From positions 32,001-96,000 of the forward strand of contig CAVWWD010000008.1 of the NCBI GenBank assembly GCA_963758635.1: a stretch of 64,000 nucleotides of DNA. The letters run 5' to 3'. Below, piece after piece: positions 1 to 8,397 of this stretch; the stretch's first letter is position 1; the number at the start of each line of letters is the position of its first letter. Origin of the DNA: an uncultured Candidatus Rokubacteria bacterium. GTDB taxonomy: Bacteria > Methylomirabilota > Methylomirabilia > Rokubacteriales > CSP1-6. Position numbers and translations under genes: made by a program. The notes beneath the pieces are model-generated. The model was not told where the DNA came from. It ran no database searches and was given only the letters and a program-made list of their open reading frames with translations.

Positions 1-112
1 CGAAGACCCGGGCGCGGAGCCCGAGCTCGCGCAGGCGATGCAGCTGGTACATGCCGGAGAGCCCGGCGCCGATGACGATGACGTTGAACGGGTCGTGTGC
101 GTCGCGGGTCAT
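1..112 (-). CDS. Baeyer-Villiger (cyclohexanone monooxygenase-like) flavoprotein, N-terminal part, runs off the window
   Basis: Manual translation MTRDAHDPFNVIVIGAGLSGMYQLHRLRELGLRARVF: GxGxxG FAD motif with the typical BVMO N-terminus. Confidence 0.8.
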   Translation of the reverse strand, partial: MTRDAHDPFNVIVIGAGLSGMYQLHRLRELGLRARVF

Positions 113-186
113 GTGGCGAACGATAGACGGGGCTCCGCGACCCCGTCAAGGCGCGTATTGGGGGTGATAGTTTACTTACGGCCTAA

Positions 187-1893
187 GGGTGTAAGGAGGG
201 ATTATGGTGTATCGTGGTCGTTTGCGGCTGTGCGTGCGCTGGTGGCGCCGTGTTGGTATTTTCGTGTATGCGTGGAGGGTCGCTATCGTAGCGTTACGTC
301 AAGTGTATTAAGTTTGGATGCGTTTGTGTTGAGTGGTTTGTGCGTGGTATGGGTTGTACTACAGCCTCACGTGTATTGTGGGGTGTTGTACGTTTTCGCG
401 CCTCGTCCGGTCGCGCTGGCAGCGCTGGGCGGCGTAGATCGCGCCGGGCGTATTTCCGGGCCGCGTCGATGCCTTCTGGAGGCCTGTGAGTATTGGGCCT
501 ATGCCGAACTGACGTGGATTCCGCGACCGACGCGCCGAAAGGTGTTTTTAGGTGTTTGTATGATGTAAGTTGTGTGTATATCTATGCGCTGTAGGTTTTG
601 TTGTTGTGTGTTGTGGGATTTCGAGGTGATAGAGTGTGTGTTTTGTGTGAGGTGTTGTGTGTGTGTTGTGTGTTGTGAGTAACGTATTATTGCGTATATT
701 CGGACGCCGGCGGCGGTCCGTTGTCGTGCCCGGCTGCGGCGCCCAGGCGCGCCACTCGACCGCCGGACAAGACGGTGATGAGCGTCCTGGTTTTGTTGTG
801 TATTGAGTGTGTGTTTTTTATTGTGTTTTTTGTGTGTTGTGTTTTTGTTTGTGTGATGTGTTGTTTGTTTTGATTTTTTTTTGTTGTGTTTGTGTTGTTG
901 TGTATGTTGTGTTTTGTTGTTGTTTTTGTTATTTTTTAGGATGTTTTTGATTTTGTGTGTGATTTGTTTGTTGTGTTTGTTTTTATTTAGTATGTGTATT
1001 GTGTGTTTGTAGTTTTGTGTTGTGATATTGTTTTAGTTGATTGTGATGTTGTGTTGGTGTTTGTTGTTACGTTTGTTGCGTAGTTTATGTTGTATTTTGT
1101 TTTGTATGTTATGTGTGTGTTTTTGTGTGTTTCGTAGTTGTATGGGTGTTTTGTTTAGTATTTTGATGTTTTGTTTTAGTTGTGTGAGGTTATTTTTTGT
1201 ATGTTGTGTAGTGTGTAGGGGTGTGACGTTGAGGGTATTTTTGTGTGTGATGTGGGTTCGGTCACCTACTCGGCGGCCATCGAAAGCGCCGCCCAACGCG
1301 ACATCGACGCGACCCCCAGCGCCTTTGCCGTCCGGGTCGCGTGGCAGGCTGAGCGGCCCGGCTCGACCGGGCCGCTGGCCGCTGGCCCTCGCTGACGGCG
1401 AACCGTGACGGGAAGATGCCCCGACCACTCGCGCGTGTAGATCGTCGATCGCTACCATGCCAAGCAGCATCTCTCGGACGTTGCCAAGGCTCTCTACGGG
1501 TCGACGAGCGCTCGGGCCTAGACGTGGGCTCGGGCCCGGCACGAGGAACTGGACTCCGGCGCTCTCCCTGCTCTCCTGCGCGCTCTCCGCGCCCATGCCA
1601 TGACCCACGATGAGGCCCGCAAGTGCCTCGAGTACGTTGCGCGCAACCGCGAGCGCCTGCGCTATCCCGCTTTTCGGGTGGCGGGGCTGTGCACCTCCAC
1701 CGGTGTCGTGGAAGCTGGCTGCAAGGTCGCTATCGGCACCCGGTGCAAGCGGGCGGGCATGCACTGGACGGTGGCCGGCGCCGTCGCCATCATCGCTCTG
1801 CGGTGCTGCAAGCTCAGTGGTCGCTTCGAAGAGTTCTGGGAGTGTCGAATTGTTGCCGCCGTATGATCTATCTCATAATTTTGAAGTGCGCCC
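187..1893 (+). mobile_element. ISKra4-family insertion sequence, sequence corrupted in its 5' part
   Basis: Right end 1874-1893 reverse-complements to GGGCGCA-N7-ATTATG; left end 187-206 reads GGGTGTA-N7-ATTATG; transposase motifs lie between. Confidence 0.7.
540..1866 (+). pseudogene. ISKra4-family DDE transposase, frameshifted and T-corrupted; start approximate
   Basis: GSVTYSAAIESAA near 1255, and a C-terminal frame 1600-1866 with RLRYPAFR..GLCTSTGVVEAGCKVAIGTRCKRAGMHW. Confidence 0.8.
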
Positions 1894-1937
1894 GCGTGCG
1901 CGCCGCCCGGGCTTCGACCGGCCGCCGGGCGCGGCGC

Positions 1938-2966
1938 TCAGAACTCCCAGCCCACGCCCACGATGATGCGCGTGTCGTCCTTCTTGCGTCCGGGCGCCGG
2001 CGTGTTGTCGTGGCTCCACTCGACGCGGAAGTCCGCGAAGAAGCCCTTGTACACCGTGGCGCGGATGCCGGCGACGATGTTCAGCAGGTAGTCCTCCGTG
2101 AAGTCCTCGAGGCTCGGCAGGTACTCGAGGGTGTGGTAGAGCTTGAGCCGGCCGGGGATCGGGGACCAGTCCACCGCGTAGGCGAGCCGCCCGGCGATGA
2201 AGTCGTTTTCCCGGTCGTTCTCGTACCTCTCGTAGACCCAGCCGATGCCCACCTCGGTGAGGAGGTTGAACGTGGGGCCCTCGAACCACTGGTAGCCCAC
2301 CCCGACGCTGGGCGCGAAGCGGAACTCGAGGTCAGCGACGCCGTCGTGCTCGAGCTTGACCAGCCCGTAGACGTAGAACTTCCTGGTGAAGAAATGGTCG
2401 TACTTGGCGAAGGCCATCCCGTAGTCGGTGGTGGTGCTCTCCTCGCCGGTGTCCTGGTCCTCCTGCCTGCCGTACGCGTAGTCGGCGCCCAGGGTCAGGC
2501 GGTCACTCTCCCAGCGCTTGCCCAGTCGCGAGGTGAAGCCGATCTGCGTGGTCTCCGAGTTGCCGGACGTGAAGAGGCCGTTCAGGGCGAGCGAGCCCGT
2601 CCACTCCAGGGACGGCACGTTGATCGCGGTGATGTCCGTGATCGGCAGCGGCTGGGGCGGCGTGTCCGGCGTCATCTGCGCCTGCACCTCACCCGCCGCC
2701 GGCCCCGGCGCGATCTTCGAGTCGACCTGGGCCTTCTCGCCCACGCGGAGGCGGACGGGGTCGTCGGAGGAGAACGTGCGCACCTTGGCGAGGTCGATCG
2801 TGATCTCGCCCGCCGCGTCGGTCTTGAGGACGAGCTTGCCGCCGGCCGCGCTCACGATCTTGCCGGTGAGCCGGTCGCCGTTCAGGAAGATCACCTCGTC
2901 CGCGGCGGCCGGGCTCGTGAGCGCCAGCACGGCCGCCAGCATCATCCAGCTCAGGACGGGTCGCAT
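1938..2966 (-). CDS. DUF481/YdiY-like outer-membrane beta-barrel protein
   Basis: Signal peptide, DEVIFLNGDRLTG N-domain, amphipathic strands, C-terminal GVGWEF; RBS GAGGAGG. Confidence 0.8.
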   Translation of the reverse strand: MRPVLSWMMLAAVLALTSPAAADEVIFLNGDRLTGKIVSAAGGKLVLKTDAAGEITIDLAKVRTFSSDDPVRLRVGEKAQVDSKIAPGPAAGEVQAQMTPDTPPQPLPITDITAINVPSLEWTGSLALNGLFTSGNSETTQIGFTSRLGKRWESDRLTLGADYAYGRQEDQDTGEESTTTDYGMAFAKYDHFFTRKFYVYGLVKLEHDGVADLEFRFAPSVGVGYQWFEGPTFNLLTEVGIGWVYERYENDRENDFIAGRLAYAVDWSPIPGRLKLYHTLEYLPSLEDFTEDYLLNIVAGIRATVYKGFFADFRVEWSHDNTPAPGRKKDDTRIIVGVGWEF

Positions 2967-3204
2967 GAGTGCCTCCTCGCGTGGGTGGTCCGTGGAGTGG
3001 AGGTGGAAGCGCCACCGCGTGGACCATGGCCGCGCCGCGGCGTGGGACACAATGGGACCGAGGTCCCATGCCGCCGCCGTGGAGGGACGCCTTCGACGTG
3101 GGGCTGGCCGACCGGCCCCGGATTGTAGTAGGAGATCACGGTGCGGTGAACGAGCTCCCACCGGAGCGCGACGCGGCGCTCCCACGCGAAAGGAGACGCG
3201 GCCG

Positions 3205-3639
3205 ATGACCAGGATCCTGGTGATTCACGGGGCGGGCATGAGCATGCGCGGCAAGGCGCAGGTGGACATCTTCGGGCCCATGACGCTGCCCGAATACGAC
3301 ACGGCCATCCGCGGCTACGCGAAGGCCCTGGGCGTGGAGGTCGAGATCTTCCACTCGAACGTCGAGGGCGAGGTGATCAACCGGCTCTACGCCGCCCACG
3401 ACGACACGGCGATCGACGCCGCGATCATCAACCCGGACGGCTTCACCCGCGGCTATCCCGCGCTGGTCGCGGCCATCGGCCGGGTGCGCTATCCGACCAT
3501 CGAGGTCCACATGTCCAACCCGGCGCGGCGCGGGACGTCGTCCGACGTGGCCACGGCGAGCCGTGGCACGGTGACGGGCTTCGGCATCGTCGGCTACGAG
3601 CTCGCCATCCGCGGCCTCAAGGCGCTGGTCGAGAAATAG
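3205..3639 (+). CDS. Type II 3-dehydroquinate dehydratase-like protein, divergent
   Basis: SNVEGE, IINP, IEVHMSN and GFGIVGY motifs of the AroQ fold; RBS AAGGAG; lid-loop catalytic residues altered. Confidence 0.8.
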   Translation: MTRILVIHGAGMSMRGKAQVDIFGPMTLPEYDTAIRGYAKALGVEVEIFHSNVEGEVINRLYAAHDDTAIDAAIINPDGFTRGYPALVAAIGRVRYPTIEVHMSNPARRGTSSDVATASRGTVTGFGIVGYELAIRGLKALVEK

Positions 3640-3667
3640 CGCCCCCGCCCGGGGGGCGGGCCGACGC

Positions 3668-4801
3668 GTGCGCATCGGCATCATCGGGGGCGGGCCCGCC
3701 GGGCTCTACTTCGCCCTGCTCATGAAGCGGCGGGACGCCCGCCACGAGATTCGCGTGGTGGAGCAGAACCCTCCCGGCGCGACCTACGGGTGGGGGCTCG
3801 TCTTCGCCGCGCCGACCCTCCGCATGCTCGCGGAGAGCGACGCCGGGTTCCACGCGGACCTCCGGGCGGACTGCATGGAGCTGGACACGATGGAGATCGG
3901 CCATCGGGGCGCCCGGGTCCCCGTCCGGGGCAACCGCTGGGCGCGGATCTCACGCATCGCGATGCTGGACACGCTCCGGCGCCACTGCCTCCGCGAGGGC
4001 GTCGAGATCGAGTTCGAGTCGCGGGCGGAGGACGTTGACCGCTTCGATGGGCACGACCTCGTCGTGGTCGCCGACGGCGTGGCCAGCGCCATCCGCGCCC
4101 GGCACACCGACTGGTTCGAGCCGTCCTTCGAGCGCTTCCGCAACAAGTTCGCCTGGTACGGCACCACGGCCCTCATCCCGGCGCTGTCGCTCCTCTTCCG
4201 CGAGAACGCCGACGGCATCTTCATCGCCCACTGCTACCAGTACAGCCCGACGCACAGCACTTTCCTGGTCGAGTGCGCCCCCGAGGCCTGGGAGCGCGCC
4301 GGGCTCGATCGCATGAGCGACGAGGAGAGCCGGCGGTACTGCGAGGAGGTGTTCCGCGACGATCTCGGCGGGCAGCCGCTCTACTCGAACCGGTCCGCCT
4401 GGTTCAACGCCACGATCATCCGCAACCGGCGCTGGAGCCACGGCAACGTGGTGCTGCTGGGGGACGCGCTGCGCACCGTCCACTTCTCGATCGGGTCCGG
4501 CACGCGCATGGCGCTCCAGGACGCCATCGCCCTGGCCGACGCGGTCGGCCGGAGCGGCGACGCCGTTCCCGCCGCGCTCGACCTGTTCGCGCGGAGCCGG
4601 CGCCCCGGCTCGGACGACTTCCAGGACTCGGCGGTGAGGAGCATCCGCTGGTACGAGAACGTGGCCGAGATCTTCCACCTGGACCCGCTCGCCTTCGCCT
4701 ACAGCTACTTCACGCGGACCGGTCGCGTCTCGCACGAGGACCTCCGCCGCGCCGATCCGGCGTTCATCGCGGCGTACGAGGCGGTCCACGGGCGCCCGTG
4801 A
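3668..4801 (+). CDS. FAD-dependent monooxygenase resembling the salicylyl-/anthraniloyl-CoA monooxygenase flavin domain
   Basis: GGGPAGLY, TYGWG, ADG and LLGDALRTVHFSIGSGTRMA motifs. Confidence 0.85.
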   Translation: MRIGIIGGGPAGLYFALLMKRRDARHEIRVVEQNPPGATYGWGLVFAAPTLRMLAESDAGFHADLRADCMELDTMEIGHRGARVPVRGNRWARISRIAMLDTLRRHCLREGVEIEFESRAEDVDRFDGHDLVVVADGVASAIRARHTDWFEPSFERFRNKFAWYGTTALIPALSLLFRENADGIFIAHCYQYSPTHSTFLVECAPEAWERAGLDRMSDEESRRYCEEVFRDDLGGQPLYSNRSAWFNATIIRNRRWSHGNVVLLGDALRTVHFSIGSGTRMALQDAIALADAVGRSGDAVPAALDLFARSRRPGSDDFQDSAVRSIRWYENVAEIFHLDPLAFAYSYFTRTGRVSHEDLRRADPAFIAAYEAVHGRP

Positions 4802-5018
4802 GCCGAGACGGCGACGCACGGCGCGGGGGAGCCGTCACCGGCCGCGGCGTCGGGCGGGAAGGGGCGGGGGTGCCATCCCGTCTTGCTCACCGCCCGCCGG
4901 TCGGTCCGCTCGGAACTCCCCGAAAATGCTGGGCGGCGACCACGGCCGTCCCGAACGGCCCCGCAATGTGCGATTGCAGGGCGTCCGGCAACTCCCTGTT
5001 TCCTTTCATCCTCGGACC

Positions 5019-5033
5019 TGGCGAGTCTCTTGC
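5019..5033 (+). promoter_or_regulatory. sigma54 -24/-12 promoter
   Basis: TGGCGAG-TCTC-TTGC (GG-N10-GC) about 50 nt upstream of the ATG at 5082. Confidence 0.65.
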
Positions 5034-5081
5034 GACGGCGATGCCGAGAAGCAGGCATCCCGACCAGGAGGAAGGGGAAAC

Positions 5082-6266
5082 ATGGCCATCACGACCGCGA
5101 AGGACACGGTGCTGACGGATCCCATGCTCGCGCGCTTCGCCGAGCGCGCGCCGCGCTACGACGAGGAGAACCGGTTCTTCGCGGAGGACTTCGAGGATCT
5201 CCGCGCCGCCGGCTACCTCACCATCGCGGTGCCGAAGGAAATGGGGGGCGGCGGGCTCACGCTCGCCGAGGTCGCGCACGAGCAGCGGCGGCTCGGATAC
5301 CACGCGCCGGCCACCGCGCTCGGCATCAACATGCACATCTACTGGACGGGGGTCGCCGCCGACCTCTGGCGCTCCGGCGACCGCTCGCTGGAGTGGCTGC
5401 TGCGGGACGCGGCGCGGGGCGAGGTCTTCGCGGCGGGCCACGCCGAGTCCGGCAACGACCTGCCGCTCCTCCTGTCCACCACCCGCGCGGAGCGCGTGAA
5501 GGGCGGCTATCGCTTCCACGGCCGGAAGTCGTTCGGCAGCCTCACCCCGGTGTGGACGCAGCTCGGCGTGCACGGCATGGACACGAGCGACCCCACCGCC
5601 CCCAAGATCGTCCATGCGTTCATGGGCCGGGCCGCCGAGGGCTATTCGATCAAGAACACCTGGGACGTGCTCGGGATGCGCGCCACCCAGAGCGAGGACA
5701 CGGTGCTGGAGGGCGTGTTCGTGCCGGACAGCCGCGTGGCCCGCGTGGTGCCGGCGGGCGCGGCCGGCATCGACGCGTTCGTGATCGGCGTCTTCGCCTG
5801 GGCGCTGCTCGGCTTCGGCAACATCTACTACGGGCTGGCGCGGCGGGCGTTCGACTGGACGATCGCGAACGTCAAGACCAAGACCGCGCTCGCCCTGTCG
5901 CGCTCCATGGCGTATCACCCGGAGGTCCAGCACGCCGTGGCCGAGATGGCGCTCGAGCTCGAGGCCATCGAGCCCCACCTGGACCGCGTGTGCGACGACT
6001 GGTCGCGCGGCGTGAACCACGGCGCCGCGTGGGGCGCCAAGATCGTCGCCGCCAAGTGCCGGGCCACGGAGGGGGCGTTCCGGGTCGTGGACACCGCCCT
6101 CGACGTGGCGGGCGGCTTCGGCATCTTCCACCGCTCGGGCCTCGAGCGCATGTTCCGCGACGCGCGCCTGGGCCGGATCCATCCCGCGAACGGCTTCCTC
6201 ACGCGCGAGCTGGTGGCCAAGACCGCGCTCGGGATCAACCCGGACGAGCAGCCGCGCTGGGGCTGA
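5082..6266 (+). CDS. Acyl-CoA dehydrogenase family protein (possibly DszC/SfnB-like monooxygenase)
   Basis: VPKEMGGGG, GRKSFGS, WDVLGMRATQS and LERMFRDAR motifs; RBS AGGAGG. Confidence 0.88.
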   Translation: MAITTAKDTVLTDPMLARFAERAPRYDEENRFFAEDFEDLRAAGYLTIAVPKEMGGGGLTLAEVAHEQRRLGYHAPATALGINMHIYWTGVAADLWRSGDRSLEWLLRDAARGEVFAAGHAESGNDLPLLLSTTRAERVKGGYRFHGRKSFGSLTPVWTQLGVHGMDTSDPTAPKIVHAFMGRAAEGYSIKNTWDVLGMRATQSEDTVLEGVFVPDSRVARVVPAGAAGIDAFVIGVFAWALLGFGNIYYGLARRAFDWTIANVKTKTALALSRSMAYHPEVQHAVAEMALELEAIEPHLDRVCDDWSRGVNHGAAWGAKIVAAKCRATEGAFRVVDTALDVAGGFGIFHRSGLERMFRDARLGRIHPANGFLTRELVAKTALGINPDEQPRWG

Positions 6267-6526
6267 GGGGCACGCCGGACGCGAGCGGCTGGCGCCCCGC
6301 GCGCCGGCGCGCCAGGGGAGGGGTCGGGCCTTCGGGCTCGGCCCCCTCTTCTTGCGAGGGTGACCTCCTCGCGGTCGGGCCGCCAAAGGCGTTCGCGTGC
6401 CGAAGACGGTCAGCACGTTCCCGCGGGAACGTCGCAGCGCCTGGCGTTGTGGCGCCACCTCCGGGGTTGGGTTGACAGCCCGCCCGGCACTCGGCTACCA
6501 ACCATCGAGGGAGGCGGAGGAGATCG

Positions 6527-6880
6527 ATGACCATCGACGCCGAGGGCCAGGGGCAGCCGTCCGTCGTGGTGCCGCTCGCCGCGATCCCGGAGGGCCGCGG
6601 CCTCGTCGTGCGCGCCGACGACGGCCGGCGCGTGGCGATCTTCCGGGTGGGCGCGGCGGTGCACGCGATCGACGACGCGTGTCCGCACCAGAGCGCGTCG
6701 CTCGGGGAGGGCAAGCTCTTCGGCAAGGTCGTCGAGTGCCCGCGCCACGGCTTCCTGGTCGACGTCACGTCGGGCTAGTGCCCGACCCATCCCTTGCTGC
6801 GGGCGCGCTGCTACGAGGCGACGGTCCAGGGCGACGCGGTGCGCGTCGTCCTGCCCCCGGCGGGCGCGCCGGGGCGCTGA
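6527..6880 (+). pseudogene. Rieske [2Fe-2S] ferredoxin with one in-frame TAG at 6776-6778
   Basis: CPH...CPRHG ligands; the frame continues past the TAG as CPTHPLLRARCYEATVQGDAVRVVLP to a TGA ending at 6880. Confidence 0.75.
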
Positions 6881-6899
6881 CCCTCGCGGTTCCGGCCTC

Positions 6900-8303
6900 T
6901 CAGGCCGCGGCCTGGAGCACCGCCTGCGCGGCCCGGAGCTCCGGCGCGTCGGGCGCGAACCCGGTGTCCCGGGCCCGCAGCACGAGCTGCCGGCAGGCTT
7001 GCCGCTGGAGCGCGGACTCGCCGGTGCGCTCGTAGGCCCAGGCCAGCGCGGCCAGCGACTGCACGTGGTAGGGGTTGGCGAGCAGCCGCTGCTGGGCCAG
7101 GGCGATGACGTCCGCGGCGCGGCCCAGCCTTCGGTGCAGCTCCATGAAGACGTCCAGGAAGATGTCCTTCTGCTCGCGGCTGCCCCCGCCCATCGTGTGG
7201 ATCCGCGCGACCGCCGGCGCCATGAGCGTGACGGCGCGCTCGAGGTCGCCCGCGATCATGGCCAGCTCGCCCTCGAGCAGGCCGGCGCCGAGCGTGGACC
7301 ACTGGCCGCTCGCGCGCCCCTCGGGCAGGCGGCGAAGCCGCTCCACCTGCGCGCGGGCGCGCGCGGGGTCGCCGGCGCGGGCGAAGGCCACGCCGATCCA
7401 GTGGTGCATCCACGTGGTCTGGAAGTCGGCGTGCGCGAGCACGCGCTCGGCCTGACGGGCGAGGTCGCGCCAGACGGCGTCGTCCGGCGTCGCGTGGCGC
7501 AGCACCTCGAGGCGCCAGAGCAGCTCGATCCGCTCGTAGAGCGGAAGCGCGGGCGTGCTCGACGCCCAGTAGTCGCGCGTCATGCGGTCGTGGCCCAGGA
7601 TGGCCTGCGCCTCGGCCAGGTGCCACAGCACGTGGGCGTAGCGCTCGAGCGAGGCGGCGCGCTCGAAGGTCTCGAGCATGTTCCGGTAGTCGCCGCGCGC
7701 CTGATAGGCGTGGCCCACCGCGTGGTAGGTGTAGAGGCTCGTCGGGTCGCGGGCGAGCGAGCGCAGGCTCATCTCGAGGCCCTCGTCGTTGTAGCCCGAT
7801 TGCTCCAGGAAGAAGCCCAGCATGGTCTCGTACTGCGGCTCGCCGGGATCGGCCTCGAGGCTCGTGCGGGCGATGTCGATGCCGCCGCGGTAGTGCCCCT
7901 GCGTGATGCAGTTGAGGCCGACCAGGCGCACGGCGATGCGGTCGGTGGGATGGCGCGACACGACCTCGCCCAGGATCTCGTAGGCCGCGAGCGGCTCGCC
8001 GCGCGAAAAGGCGAGGACGGCGTCGACGTGCCGGCGCTCGCGCTCGGTCCGCGCGGACTCCGCCGCGCGCGCGGCGTGCTTGGCCGATGCGTCCGCCAGG
8101 TCCACGCGGCCCATGCGCCAGGCGATGTACGCGCGCGTGCAGTGCGCGAGCGGGAAGCCGGGATCGCGCTCCGCCGCCGCGTCGAGCGCCTCGATCGCGC
8201 CGCCGCGCCAGCGCAGGAACAGGTCCACGGCGCGCTCGTAGGCGCCGAGCGCGTCCGACGACGACGTGGACACCGGTAGCCCTTTGACATCCGCGTAGGT
8301 CAT
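6900..8303 (-). CDS. Tetratricopeptide repeat protein (TTC38-like)
   Basis: D..GLPVSTSS start, DPGFPLAH, HAVGH, HVLWHLA and GGSREQ.DIF segments typical of TTC38 homologues. Confidence 0.7.
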   Translation of the reverse strand: MTYADVKGLPVSTSSSDALGAYERAVDLFLRWRGGAIEALDAAAERDPGFPLAHCTRAYIAWRMGRVDLADASAKHAARAAESARTERERRHVDAVLAFSRGEPLAAYEILGEVVSRHPTDRIAVRLVGLNCITQGHYRGGIDIARTSLEADPGEPQYETMLGFFLEQSGYNDEGLEMSLRSLARDPTSLYTYHAVGHAYQARGDYRNMLETFERAASLERYAHVLWHLAEAQAILGHDRMTRDYWASSTPALPLYERIELLWRLEVLRHATPDDAVWRDLARQAERVLAHADFQTTWMHHWIGVAFARAGDPARARAQVERLRRLPEGRASGQWSTLGAGLLEGELAMIAGDLERAVTLMAPAVARIHTMGGGSREQKDIFLDVFMELHRRLGRAADVIALAQQRLLANPYHVQSLAALAWAYERTGESALQRQACRQLVLRARDTGFAPDAPELRAAQAVLQAAA

Positions 8304-8397
8304 GCCGAGCCCTCCCGCGTGCGAGTATGCCCCGGGCTGCCCGCCGTGGGCCAGCCTCGACGCGCCGGTGGATGCGTCGCGCGCGCGCGGCGCCGGA

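Noticed and set aside
38..1764. ORFs rich in C/V/F/L (38-568, 1037-1408) or T/H/K/N (1033-1764)
   Set aside because: They are by-products of the T-skewed IS sequence, not real proteins
6776..6778. Pyrrolysine recoding
   Set aside because: Not a methylamine methyltransferase, no pyl genes in the window, and the assembly is error-prone
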